DNA of 64,000 nucleotides from Candidatus Latescibacterota bacterium (GCA_965197905.1 CBDAOB010000005.1:1664001-1728000); one strand, 5' to 3'. Positions 21,210 to 30,957 are shown, numbered from the stretch's first letter. The notes: generated from the sequence alone by a model not told the origin. Made by a program: numbers and translations.

Positions 21210-21502
21210 TTCCGATAAAGCTGTACGCGACGATTGTCGGGTGCCTGTTCTTCCTAACCGTGATTACGATTTTGGCCGCGTTCGTCGAACTGGGCGCCCT
21301 GAATACTCCCTTAGCTCTTGGAATCGCCCTTCTCAAGGGAACGCTCGTCGTCCTGTTCTTCATGCACGTCCGCTACAACAGTCCGCTCATGTGGGTGTTT
21401 GCCGCCGGCGGGTTCTTCATGTTGCTCATTCTTTTCGCCCTGCTGATGCAGGACTACATGAGCCGTGGCTGGGAACAGCCCCCAGCGGAATTCTTGCTCT
21501 AG
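21194..21502 (+). CDS. ctaF: Cytochrome c oxidase subunit IV
   Basis: Three TM helices, [18 protein letters not shown]. Confidence 0.9.
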   Translation: MDSHVVPIKLYATIVGCLFFLTVITILAAFVELGALNTPLALGIALLKGTLVVLFFMHVRYNSPLMWVFAAGGFFMLLILFALLMQDYMSRGWEQPPAEFLL

Positions 21503-21603
21503 TTCCTTCTGCTAGAACGTCGTAGCTCCAGTTCCGGCCCGTTACAACGGGTGCCAGCGATGGCACGGGTCTCCACTGGCGGGTAGGACCGCAGACCACC
21601 CAG

Positions 21604-21639
21604 AAAATGAAAGAGGCCGACCACATGGGGTCCGCCTCT
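21604..21639 (-). terminator. Probable intrinsic terminator of the minus-strand bd-like operon
   Basis: Minus strand AGAGGCGGACC-CCATGT-GGTCGGCCTCT followed by TTCATTTT, between convergent operons. Confidence 0.45.
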
Positions 21640-21693
21640 CGTTGTACGCGAATGCGTCTTTTGCCTGTCAGATCTATAGCAGTTTTGACCGCC

Positions 21694-22425
21694 TCACTTC
21701 TTCTTCTTCCGACTGGGCGGCTTAAGACCGAAATTCACCGTCACCGCACCATCCGCTACCTCGACCTCCTGGACCTGAGTCGTGAAGAACTCGTGCCACG
21801 CTTCGAGGGTGTATTTCCCGGCGGGTAGGTTCTCGATGGTGAAGCTGCCGTCGGCCGCGCTCACGGCGAAGAAGGGGTGTGGCAGGACGCCGATGTAGGC
21901 TGCCATCCAGGGGTGTACGTCGCACTTGAAGGGGACCATGACCTCCGGCTGCGAAAACATCTTGCCCGGCACCGGCAGCTTCTTGATGCGGGCTGGCATG
22001 GCCTTGTTGAACTCCTCGTTGAGCTTGGGCATCATGTGCACGTTGTGCATGATGCGGTCGCTGTTGAGGATCCTCAGGGGCTGTCCCACCATCAAGCCCA
22101 GAACCCGCGGCGTGTAGGCACAACCGACCTGATCCAGCTCCCCCGGTCTCCTAGGGGTTTCGAATGTCTGTCCTTCGAGTCCGGTCTTTATGTAGACAAA
22201 GACGTTCTTCACGTTCTTGTTCGCATCGACGACGTAGCGCTCCGAGATGTGTGGCTCCGTGTGCTTGGCTACGCAATCGGCGTCGCTCTCCATCTTCACC
22301 GGCTTTGCCGGCGGGATCTTCTTAGCATCTATCTTCACCACACCGCTAATCGTGCCCGACACCGCGGGGCCTACCGCCAAAGCGACAGCAGCGGCGATTA
22401 CCATTGACAGCTTTCCAACACCCAT
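21694..22425 (-). CDS. Secreted cupredoxin-like / carboxypeptidase-regulatory-like domain protein
   Basis: Signal peptide; DQVGCAYTPRV, NSDRIMHNVH, KCDVHPWM, HPFFAVS...GKYTLEAWHE; paralog of 43081..43806. Confidence 0.75.
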   Translation of the reverse strand: MGVGKLSMVIAAAVALAVGPAVSGTISGVVKIDAKKIPPAKPVKMESDADCVAKHTEPHISERYVVDANKNVKNVFVYIKTGLEGQTFETPRRPGELDQVGCAYTPRVLGLMVGQPLRILNSDRIMHNVHMMPKLNEEFNKAMPARIKKLPVPGKMFSQPEVMVPFKCDVHPWMAAYIGVLPHPFFAVSAADGSFTIENLPAGKYTLEAWHEFFTTQVQEVEVADGAVTVNFGLKPPSRKKKK

Positions 22426-22582
22426 CTCATCCTCCTTCTACAGTTGAGTTCTGTTGATTAGCCGGAACCTTGATACATTCGCGAAACCCTCCACAACGAT
22501 CTCGTTTGTTGCATGTTGTGCTCACCTTGTCTGCCTGAGTGGATTCTGCGGGACCGAGCTTTGCGCGACCGTTGCGAAACGG

Positions 22583-24415
22583 TCATTCGCTCCCGCGCCG
22601 CAAGCTCCTCCTTGCCGCGAACTGCATGGCGATCGTCAGCAAGGCGCCCGCCAGTGCGAGGAAGTAGGGCCTCCTGGTAGCGGGCTTCTCGAGGAGCAAA
22701 TAATACCAGGTGGATATCGAGCGTCTAGTACCCACCTCACCGTTCCACCCATCCCAGGCCGTAAAGGCGATCGGAATGAAAGCTCCCGCCTCGAGCTGTA
22801 GGTCGTTTTTATCCTCCGTGTGCAAAGATCTGTGGATCAATAGCTGGTAGCGACCGTCGGCATAGGCGATTCTGCCGCGCACGTCCTGGGCATCGGCCGG
22901 CTGCTCTTGGAACCGGGTCATACCCTTCGCCCTTCCCTCTCTGACCTTCGCCGACACCCCCTCGCGCAGTTCCGGGGACGGAGATGGACTAGCTTCCCAG
23001 ACCCACGCGTATGCGGCGCGGCGCGCGTCACCCATGAGGAAGTGCGGGCGCTCCGCCCCGTCGGGAATCTTCGTGGGGAACTGCACGGCCAGAGCGTCGC
23101 CCAGCATCGATGCTCCCTGCTCTTCGTCTGACACGGCCGCGTCTTCGTCGCCCGCCTCGTCGACGGTAGCGAGGCTCAGAGAGGGGTCATGCCAGGTCAA
23201 GAGAATCGCCACCTCCTCCCCGTTGTGCATGGACTTGACAAAAACGGCCGTCACGGTGGGATCAAAAAGGCGAGGCTCGATGATCACCTGCCCAGCGAGC
23301 GGAAACATCGCACCCTCCCCCGCGCCCCAGCGCGGGTCGTCTGCGCTCTGTGGCAGTTCGCCTTCCACCAAGGCAGATTTCAGGACGATGGCGGCTTCCG
23401 GTTTCTCCGCCGGCGACAGGGAGCGCACATAGTTGGCCAGGTGCCAGGTCTTGACGCGGATGTCGCGCATAGCATTGTCATACATCTCCTGCTGCTCAGG
23501 GGAGATCTCCTCCTCGTCCTCGATCATGATCTGAATGTCCTCGACCTCCATATCCATCGGAAAACCATCTTTGATCGAGGGCATGGGAGTCCCAGCCAGA
23601 CCGGCCATGAAGCGCCTGTAGAGATCCTCCTGCGCATCCCCACCCCGAAATTGCCAGCTCATGGTCAAATCAGCCGGTCGCGTCGGAAACTTCCACTCAT
23701 CTACTAGAGTGAGACCCGAAGGACCGTCGCCGCGTCCCTGCTCGCCGTGACACTTGGCGCATTCGAGCATCTCGAAGATTTTGCGTCCCTCTGACACACT
23801 TTCCTCAGAAGGAGGCACTCTATCCACCATCGCTATCTCCACGGGCGGTGCCGTGGCGCGCTCGAATTGCTTGGAGAAGGTCTTGAGGTAAGCCACGACG
23901 GCGCGCCGCTCCTCGTCGGTGAGCCCGGGCCACCCCGGCATGGAGGTGCCCGGCATACCGTCGGTGACGATGCGGAGCAGGTCGTCGTCGGTGGGCAACT
24001 CGCGCGACTCGGTGGAACGGATCTTGTACTGCCCCCGCGTGAAGTCCCGCGGGCGCGGGTTCAAGGTCTCGGCCCCAGAACCGTCGCCCTTTCCCTTCTC
24101 GCCGTGACAATGGGCGCACTTGTCGTCGTATATTTCCTTTCCTCGGCCAAAGTCCCCGGCTGTAGCCTGCGCCTGAGCTTGTCCCATAACCCCAAGCGCC
24201 AGTGCGCTGGCCATGGCGACCGCAAACAGGGCGAGCCGTCTCGAAACCAGTGCCGTTTCACAGAAGTAGGATTGAGATTTGGGCGCCAAGTCACCCGGCC
24301 TGCAAGGCGCACTATCGAGGCGTATTGACGGAATACACCGAGGGAGTGCAACGCAGAAGGACGGGATGAATCGGCGCCCAAATACAAGCATAGTTCTGTG
24401 ACACGGCACTATCAT
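22583..24415 (-). CDS. Diheme cytochrome c fused to an ethylbenzene-dehydrogenase-gamma-like (DOMON) heme domain; start uncertain
   Basis: CAHCH and CAKCH with PRPRDFT...GMPGTSMP; C-terminal DALAVQFP, PHFLMG, IAFTAWDG and RSISTWY; C-terminal TM anchor. Confidence 0.8.
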   Translation of the reverse strand: MIVPCHRTMLVFGRRFIPSFCVALPRCIPSIRLDSAPCRPGDLAPKSQSYFCETALVSRRLALFAVAMASALALGVMGQAQAQATAGDFGRGKEIYDDKCAHCHGEKGKGDGSGAETLNPRPRDFTRGQYKIRSTESRELPTDDDLLRIVTDGMPGTSMPGWPGLTDEERRAVVAYLKTFSKQFERATAPPVEIAMVDRVPPSEESVSEGRKIFEMLECAKCHGEQGRGDGPSGLTLVDEWKFPTRPADLTMSWQFRGGDAQEDLYRRFMAGLAGTPMPSIKDGFPMDMEVEDIQIMIEDEEEISPEQQEMYDNAMRDIRVKTWHLANYVRSLSPAEKPEAAIVLKSALVEGELPQSADDPRWGAGEGAMFPLAGQVIIEPRLFDPTVTAVFVKSMHNGEEVAILLTWHDPSLSLATVDEAGDEDAAVSDEEQGASMLGDALAVQFPTKIPDGAERPHFLMGDARRAAYAWVWEASPSPSPELREGVSAKVREGRAKGMTRFQEQPADAQDVRGRIAYADGRYQLLIHRSLHTEDKNDLQLEAGAFIPIAFTAWDGWNGEVGTRRSISTWYYLLLEKPATRRPYFLALAGALLTIAMQFAARRSLRRGSE

Positions 24416-24417
24416 AC

Positions 24418-25158
24418 TCACTCCCATGTCCTAGGCACTTGGTCAGTGGCGTCGTACATGAAGAGGATGACCTGCCAAATCTCCTCCTCCGTAAGCATCT
24501 CCTCCCAGGCGGGCATGGCCGAACTCCACGGCGCTGAGACCACGGGCAATCCCGGTCCACCCTTGCTCACGCGCCAGAACACGAACGATTCCTGCAGCAT
24601 GGCGATGGTCCCAGGGTCTCTGAAGTCTGCAGGCGGGGGATTGAAGGCGTGGGCGAACATACCGTTGCCGGCCAGGTCGTCGCCGTGGCAGAAATGGCAA
24701 TTCTGATAGTAGATGTCCCGTCCCGCCTCCACGTGCCCGCCGTAGTTCTCGCTGTCGTGACGCAGGGGATTCTCCAGCCCGGCGAGGTCGATGTCTCGAC
24801 CGCGGAACTGAATCGTCGCTGGAGGCGCCGGGTGAACGGTCCTGAGCTCTGCCGGGGGATCGCTGCTGACGGACGTGTTGGAGAAGACGATAGCTGCTAC
24901 CATCACCGGCAAGAGCGTAAAAACAACCATACGACGGCCGGCTTTGCCGTCGTCGACCAGCAGTTCTCGTATGGGTCGGACGAACTCTCCGAGCTTTTCG
25001 TTCTCGACGCCGATCTGCGACAGGATCCCGACGATGATGAGACCCATATACAGGTAGAGGATAACCGCAGGCAGCGGGGGACTGATACCGTAGGCCAGGC
25101 CGACGTAACACACGGCCAACAGGATCAGCGCCTTGGAGAAACTGGAGAGCCGACTCAT
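24418..25158 (-). CDS. Membrane-anchored monoheme cytochrome c
   Basis: Three N-terminal hydrophobic helices, LRTVHPAPP, CHFCH, SAMPAWE. Confidence 0.85.
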   Translation of the reverse strand: MSRLSSFSKALILLAVCYVGLAYGISPPLPAVILYLYMGLIIVGILSQIGVENEKLGEFVRPIRELLVDDGKAGRRMVVFTLLPVMVAAIVFSNTSVSSDPPAELRTVHPAPPATIQFRGRDIDLAGLENPLRHDSENYGGHVEAGRDIYYQNCHFCHGDDLAGNGMFAHAFNPPPADFRDPGTIAMLQESFVFWRVSKGGPGLPVVSAPWSSAMPAWEEMLTEEEIWQVILFMYDATDQVPRTWE

Positions 25159-25165
25159 GTTCTCC

Positions 25166-26551
25166 TCACTCGGCGCTCGCCGGCGCAGAGCCCTTGAGGC
25201 TGGCCAGATAGGCGACCAGATCGCGAAATTGCCTCACCGTGATGACGTCGTCGAATTTGGGCATCTTGGATTGCAGCAGAAGCCTGCGCCCGGTAACGCC
25301 GGAGAGATCGCTTTTGGCGATCGTCAGGGTCGTGTCGGCGCTGCGGATCGTCAGGCTGGCCTCATCCTCGCGCTCTATTGGGCCACTCACCTTCTTCCCT
25401 CCGTCGCCGACGACGGCGCTGATCCAGAAGTACCCCCGCTTGGAAATTGACTGTGTGTCAGCTATAGGCAAAAGCGCCAGATCGTCGCGTTGCACGATGC
25501 GCTCGGCACCCTCCGCTGCAGTTTCCTCCAGTGCCACTTCCTCCGTCTCTGCCTCCTCCTCGTCTTCCTCCTCACCCCAACCCCAGTCGTCGTCCTCCTC
25601 TTCCTCCACCTGATCGAGCTGCAACACCAGGGCGTCGCCCTCTTCCCTGACGAGCCTTCCGGTGAGTTCCTCACCGTTTGCGAGGCTAAGTGTCGTCGAT
25701 CCGTACCCCTGAACGATCTTGGCGTTGGGATCTAAGATCGACTCCTCCATGTAGTCCAACGTGTTTAGGGCCCCGATCTCCGTCAGGTCGGGACCGACCT
25801 CCAGCAGGACCTCGGCTGCGCCCACTCGGTGGCACTTGCTGCATTGCAGCTCTTCGACAAAGACCACCTGACCCGCCTGAGGATCTCCCTGGGGTAGCTT
25901 CACTGGGACTGCAGCGGCCGCGGCAATGTCGATGGGCGGGACAATGGCCGTAACATCCGGTTCTCCGCCCTGGCTTTGGAGAAAGGCGATCAACGTTTCG
26001 ATTTCCAGGGGGGAGAGGGCAAGCGGTGCCTTCCATGCTGGAGGCATTATGTTGCCGTATCCCTTTACCAGATAGACCTCCGGCAGGTAAAGCGCTTCCA
26101 CCAGATACGCCCGCGCCGACATGCCTTCCCGGCGTCCTCCGCCGGTGACGCCGATACCGCTCAGGTCCGGACAACGCGGCGTCGTCGCCGACGCCCCTAT
26201 GACGTGGCAAGTAGAGCATTTGCCCTTGCCGTAGAAGATCGACTTCCCCGCCGCGACAAAAGCTTCCGGAGTCCGTTCGATGTCACCCACGGCCACCGCG
26301 GGACCGGAGCTGGACTGGGGGATGAGATTACCCAGCAGGGCGTAGGACCAGATCACCGCCAACGCGAACGTCGCCAGCCGCATCAGCTTGTCCCACACCG
26401 CCATGTTGACGCAGATGGCCAGGAAGACCCACACCGACCACGACAGAATATTCTGGTCGGCCAGAGGAAAGGGCTCAGCTCCCACCAGGAAAGCCCCGAG
26501 GCACACCAAAAGAAGGATGAAGAAGAGACTCTTGACAGCTGGATGGCGCAT
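25166..26551 (-). CDS. Membrane-anchored diheme cytochrome c
   Basis: N-terminal TM helices; CSTCH...RCPDL...IMP and CSKCH...GPDL...ESILDPNA...KMP; very acidic insert. Confidence 0.85.
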   Translation of the reverse strand: MRHPAVKSLFFILLLVCLGAFLVGAEPFPLADQNILSWSVWVFLAICVNMAVWDKLMRLATFALAVIWSYALLGNLIPQSSSGPAVAVGDIERTPEAFVAAGKSIFYGKGKCSTCHVIGASATTPRCPDLSGIGVTGGGRREGMSARAYLVEALYLPEVYLVKGYGNIMPPAWKAPLALSPLEIETLIAFLQSQGGEPDVTAIVPPIDIAAAAAVPVKLPQGDPQAGQVVFVEELQCSKCHRVGAAEVLLEVGPDLTEIGALNTLDYMEESILDPNAKIVQGYGSTTLSLANGEELTGRLVREEGDALVLQLDQVEEEEDDDWGWGEEEDEEEAETEEVALEETAAEGAERIVQRDDLALLPIADTQSISKRGYFWISAVVGDGGKKVSGPIEREDEASLTIRSADTTLTIAKSDLSGVTGRRLLLQSKMPKFDDVITVRQFRDLVAYLASLKGSAPASAE

Positions 26552-26568
26552 GGATCCCCCGGCCGCCC

Positions 26569-28344
26569 TCAGTTGGCGGCTTCCTCCTTCTTCTTGTCCC
26601 CCAACGACCCGATCCAGAAGATGAAGCAGATCAAAGCGCCGAAGGTGATGACGATGGCGGCGATGATGTTGGAAGCGTCACCCACGGTCGGGGTGAAGGC
26701 GTCTGGTGAAGTGTCTCTCATGACCCCGTATATATGCCAGTCCTCCCGGATGCCCGACCGCACGTACCCCATGAGTCCCATCATGGCGGTAAAGGTGACA
26801 GCCAGCATTATGAGGATGTACTGAGACTGGTCCGTCATCTTGCCCCACTGCACCTCGCCGGTGGATGATGCCCGTCGATAGAGGATGACATCGAGGACGG
26901 TCACCGAGAACAGCACGGCCAGAACTACCAGCACCTGTCCCGGCGTCAGGACGTTCACCCGCTCGAGGCTAGGCACGTAGTACCCCATCACGCCGAAAAC
27001 CACCACGATGACTGCGGCGACGGCGAAGATGGTGCCCACCACGACGTTGACGGGCTTGGACCAGCGCACTGTCGGAGTCTTGCCGGATCTGCGGTAAAAG
27101 AGAAAGGTCAAGAAGGTGGTGAGAATGATGAGGTTTACCGCCGTGTTCTTGGCCGACATGACTCCGAAAACCCCCACGAGCGGATGGTGTTCACCGCCTA
27201 TGGCCGCCTTCTCCACCTGGCTCAGGATCAGGGTCCTGGGAGTCGCCCACACGGCGATGCAGGCGACGAGAACGGCGAATACGAAAGGCCGATATCGGGC
27301 GTATCTCTCGGCGCCTTTGATGCGGCCCATCCCCGACCACAGGTAGAAGTTCACACCCAGGAAGAGCACCCCTATCATGGCCGCCTGGATGATGAAGAGC
27401 CACGAGAACAGGCTGCCCATCATGTTGATGCCCATGGTCTGGTTGAACTCGTAGATCTCCTTGGCGAGCCAATACCCGGCGAAGGGCAGGGGGATGAGGG
27501 CGCTCACGGCGATGAAGTTTCCAGTGTAGCCCATCCAGTCGTAGTGGGCCTTGTCGGATGCGCTCGTGGCTGTGAGGAATCGGACTGCCGCGTAGGCCCC
27601 TACGACTGCTCCCCCGAAGGCGATGTTGGCGATGAAGCGGTGAATGTTGATCGGCATCCAGGTGAAGTTATAAACCGCATCCCCCAGGCTGATCAGAGCC
27701 CCGTTCTCGTCTATCCCGCCAGGACTCGTCATGAAGGTGAGCCAGGCGTTGGCCACGCACATGATCGCCGTGCCGAAGACGTTGAGTAGCACGCCGATGG
27801 TCAGGTGCAGCCACTTCCGATTCATCAACCGTTCCCACGAGTACCAGTAGAGATAGAGGCTGAAGGTCTCGCCGAAGAAGAGGGCCACGTAGAGCACGTA
27901 GGTAGGAGTGAAGATATTGCTCATGTAGCCGAAGAATTTGGGATAGAAACCGATCATCAGGAACAGGAGCACGGCACCAAACATGGCGGTGGTGGAGAAA
28001 GCCACGAGACACAGCTTGATGAACTCGCGGGCCATGCGGTCGTAGCGCGGATCGCCGGTGCGCATGCCGACGAACTCGATGATCACGGCAAAGAGTGGGA
28101 CACCGAGAATGAAGGCGGCGAACATGAGGTGGAGCTGCCCTACGACCCAGACCGCCACCCGGCTGCCTATCACCGGGAACTCCCGGTACTCTGGGATGTC
28201 GGAGAGCGCGGCTTGGGGCCAGGCCGATGTGCTCGTGAAGAAGAGAACCAGACCGAAGGCGATGGCCGTTAGTGCCGGCGGCGAACTGAGGCCCTCAGGC
28301 AGGCATTTGCCTTTCGTACGGTAGGGAGCTGTTTGGTGGATCAA
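26569..28344 (-). CDS. Cytochrome bd-like oxidase subunit I (CydA homolog without CydB); start uncertain, TTG at 28344 used
   Basis: QLHLMFAAFILGVP (heme-ligand His), RYDRMA, ETFSLYLYWYSW, ANAWLTFMTSP, NIHRFIAN, MMGLMGYVRSGIREDWHIYGV (equivalent of the GRQPW region); many TM helices. Confidence 0.8.
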   Translation of the reverse strand: MIHQTAPYRTKGKCLPEGLSSPPALTAIAFGLVLFFTSTSAWPQAALSDIPEYREFPVIGSRVAVWVVGQLHLMFAAFILGVPLFAVIIEFVGMRTGDPRYDRMAREFIKLCLVAFSTTAMFGAVLLFLMIGFYPKFFGYMSNIFTPTYVLYVALFFGETFSLYLYWYSWERLMNRKWLHLTIGVLLNVFGTAIMCVANAWLTFMTSPGGIDENGALISLGDAVYNFTWMPINIHRFIANIAFGGAVVGAYAAVRFLTATSASDKAHYDWMGYTGNFIAVSALIPLPFAGYWLAKEIYEFNQTMGINMMGSLFSWLFIIQAAMIGVLFLGVNFYLWSGMGRIKGAERYARYRPFVFAVLVACIAVWATPRTLILSQVEKAAIGGEHHPLVGVFGVMSAKNTAVNLIILTTFLTFLFYRRSGKTPTVRWSKPVNVVVGTIFAVAAVIVVVFGVMGYYVPSLERVNVLTPGQVLVVLAVLFSVTVLDVILYRRASSTGEVQWGKMTDQSQYILIMLAVTFTAMMGLMGYVRSGIREDWHIYGVMRDTSPDAFTPTVGDASNIIAAIVITFGALICFIFWIGSLGDKKKEEAAN

Positions 28345-28501
28345 AGCTGTTCGGATCTTCCTGCTATTCTTGTGGCCTCGCCTGATGGGCAAACTGCTGA
28401 GGAAGGGGCGCCATGGTAACTCCCCCGAAAAAAAACGGACACCCTCCTTCCAGAGGGATGCCGACGAATAACCAGCCCCTGAAGCAGGTATCCTATAGTA
28501 C

Positions 28502-28529
28502 GTGGTTACAAATAGCAAGTGGTTACAAA
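28502..28529. repeat. 11-bp direct repeat GTGGTTACAAA (period 17) upstream of the bd-like operon
   Basis: GTGGTTACAAA-TAGCAA-GTGGTTACAAA read directly. Confidence 0.6.
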
Positions 28530-28580
28530 AAAATTACCCGAGGACCTGCCAGTGTTGCGCGCAGCGCCCATACCGCGGCT

Positions 28581-28636
28581 CGACCAGAATCCACTTGACC
28601 TCTGCCGATGATACCGTTTATCCTTCCTAACCGTCC
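28581..28636 (+). promoter_or_regulatory. Duplicated promoter-like element, copy 1
   Basis: TTGACC-N18-TATCCT inside an approximately 55-bp segment repeated at 31081-31134. Confidence 0.55.
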
Positions 28637-28950
28637 TTGGCAAAAATGGGAATCGAGTAGCGTGCCCGGGAAAATGGGCATACCGAAACGAGTATCGTAT
28701 TTCCCTAACAGTTGGTCTCTGTTGAGACGAATTCGTGACAAAACTGGAAGTGAAAATAGCAATCGTCTGCTTCGCGACGCCGGAAAATCTAACGCCGTCT
28801 TACAACCCCCGTCATAGACCACTACGAAGATCGAGCCAGTTTAGCTCGCAATGATGGCTCCGCCGATCCGGACCAGGTTTTGAAAACATCTTGGAACACC
28901 TGGAGTCGATCAAGCGCTAGATTTGACAGCTTGGTGCAGCCCTACGCGAC

Positions 28951-29451
28951 GTGCTGACCTTCAAAACCTTCGTTCTTTGGTTACATTTGACAGTCGCAGT
29001 AATTTGGCTCGGCGGCATGTTTTTCATGACAGTCGTACTGTTGCCAATGTGGCGACGCTCCACGGCCTCCCCCAGAGAATTCTCTGGGACAATCGAAAGG
29101 ACGGTGAAGCGTTTTCAGACCATAAGTTGGGAGGCGGTCGGAATCATATTTCTTACGGGAATTTTCAATCTAACCAATGCCGGGCTCGTGCGTGAGTTTA
29201 ATTTCAGCGCGGCCTATCTATATATAGTGGTAACTAAGCTGTTTCTCCTGGTCGTGATCGTTGCAAACCAGTCGTTTCAAAGCTACAGCATTTTGCCAAA
29301 ACTAATTTCTGCGTCATCGACAGACGACAATTTGCCGGCGAGGTCGGATTCGTTCGACAGACTTCACAAGAAGACCATGATCCTGTCGATTCTGAATTTA
29401 GTGTTGGCCGGCTTAGTGATTTATTTAGGGTTGGGGCTGAAGTATCAATAA
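28951..29451 (+). CDS. CopD/DUF4149-like membrane protein
   Basis: WLHLTVAVIWLGGMFF, IIFLTGIFN, TKLFL; four TM helices. Confidence 0.7.
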   Translation: MLTFKTFVLWLHLTVAVIWLGGMFFMTVVLLPMWRRSTASPREFSGTIERTVKRFQTISWEAVGIIFLTGIFNLTNAGLVREFNFSAAYLYIVVTKLFLLVVIVANQSFQSYSILPKLISASSTDDNLPARSDSFDRLHKKTMILSILNLVLAGLVIYLGLGLKYQ

Positions 29452-29471
29452 AGAGAAGCGGAGGCTTGCTG

Positions 29472-29984
29472 CTAAGGTTGGGGTCCCTTCAGTCCTTCTG
29501 TGAATATAACTCGCAAATCCGGGCGGTGGAGTGACTTGCCCAAGAAGTCCCTAAACATCTCGTATATTCCACACCGCAGCGCATCTGCATCCACCGGGAA
29601 TAGGTTTAAGAGATTCCTGGCGTCTTTTACCATATTGCTCCAGGTGTCGTTTTGCGGCCAATCGCCCGTTTCCCTTGTAGAGGCCGGCACCATTTCGAGT
29701 CTAAGTTCGAAGAAATGATGGAAGCGTTCCAAGGCTTTGAATTCGTCCTGGGTGAAACCGTCTGTAAATTCTGCAACAGCCTTCTCAGAATTGTCGCCCT
29801 TCAAGCCGCCATCAAGGTACCGTATTCCCGGCAAATAAATGTCGTCGAACCAGATGCGGGCCAATTCGAAGGCCAATTTCCCAGGAGCGATGAACTTGTG
29901 GCACGCCTTCAAACTCTCCTCCGAGGTGAGAAACAGGAGGAAAACGATCACGTGTTTCCTGGTCTTTTCTGTCTCCGTCGCCAT
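29472..29984 (-). CDS. Hypothetical protein, 170 aa
   Basis: Clean ORF in a three-gene minus-strand run; no family recognised. Confidence 0.65.
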   Translation of the reverse strand: MATETEKTRKHVIVFLLFLTSEESLKACHKFIAPGKLAFELARIWFDDIYLPGIRYLDGGLKGDNSEKAVAEFTDGFTQDEFKALERFHHFFELRLEMVPASTRETGDWPQNDTWSNMVKDARNLLNLFPVDADALRCGIYEMFRDFLGKSLHRPDLRVIFTEGLKGPQP

Positions 29985-30059
29985 ATTATTCGTCCCGAAA
30001 TTTCACGAGCAGTCGTGCGTCTTTGTCCGGCAACGTCAAGATCCCCAAATCCGTGGGCT

Positions 30060-30584
30060 TCACCTCGCCTCTTTCGGTTGAGGAAGTTCCGGAGAATAGT
30101 CGAAATTGTCCGAAAGCGCTGCCTGGGCCGCAAAAGCGAAAAGGGTAACCAATCCCCAGGATAAACCCATGGCAACGCCCACGTCGATGATGCCCCGCCA
30201 GGGCTGGTCGATACCCTGTATGATGGTAATCAAGATGATTATTGCCGCCGTGAGCGCGATGACATTTCGCTGTCGATTTCGAAGTACGTGAAAGTAGCCA
30301 ATACAGAACAGCGGTGCTAGGAAAACATGCAAGACCTTCGGATTTTGGCGCAGATGTTTACACCTTGCAACGACCCTTGGCGAGAAGCCTTTCTGGAAGC
30401 CGCGATATCCCTCCGAATAGACCATGAATAACGAATTGATCACCAGCGCCACCCAGTGATACCAAAACAATTCATACAGAAAAGCCTCTACCGCAACTGG
30501 TGCCAATCGATATAATGCAAAACCGATCAACAATCCAATTCCTGCAAATCCCCAAATTGCTCCCAATAAACCGATCAAATGCAT
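30060..30584 (-). CDS. Hypothetical membrane protein
   Basis: ATG at 30584 (MHLIGLLGAIWG); hydrophobic helices and conserved-looking YSEGYRGFQKGFSPRV and QPWRGIIDVGV segments. Confidence 0.7.
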   Translation of the reverse strand: MHLIGLLGAIWGFAGIGLLIGFALYRLAPVAVEAFLYELFWYHWVALVINSLFMVYSEGYRGFQKGFSPRVVARCKHLRQNPKVLHVFLAPLFCIGYFHVLRNRQRNVIALTAAIIILITIIQGIDQPWRGIIDVGVAMGLSWGLVTLFAFAAQAALSDNFDYSPELPQPKEAR

Positions 30585-30594
30585 CTGAAAAAAA

Positions 30595-30957
30595 TCAAAA
30601 GTCGATTCCCGGCGAATCCTTCCATTTGGGCTCGCCCTCTGGCTTGAAATTCCGCGTGCCAACGAAATTCAATTCGTGATGATGAAAATTTAGTTTGAAT
30701 TTGCCGCCGCCGAAATTGTCCAATAGATAGTTCATGGGATCGTTAACCAGCGGGGTCATGTCTTTGCCATTGTAGCGTGCAAGTCCTTTGAATCGGACTG
30801 AATTTTGCCAGGGTTCCTGAACCAATACCGTTACCGATGATTCGCGCAATGTTTGGAAAAAAGCATTTTGCAGGTCGTCCTGAGAAGGACTTTCATTTCC
30901 CAAGCGTTCCAGCTCCCTGGTAACGTATTCTTCGTAGATTTCCCAAACCCAATCCAT
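30595..30957 (-). CDS. Hypothetical protein, 120 aa
   Basis: Clean ORF MDWVWEIYEEY...FGGGKFKLNFH...PEGEPKW at the head of the run. Confidence 0.7.
   Translation of the reverse strand: MDWVWEIYEEYVTRELERLGNESPSQDDLQNAFFQTLRESSVTVLVQEPWQNSVRFKGLARYNGKDMTPLVNDPMNYLLDNFGGGKFKLNFHHHELNFVGTRNFKPEGEPKWKDSPGIDF

Noticed and set aside
22583..28344. Evidence that the organism oxidises nitrite
   Set aside because: The module resembles genes of nitrite oxidisers, but no nxrA/nxrB is in the window.
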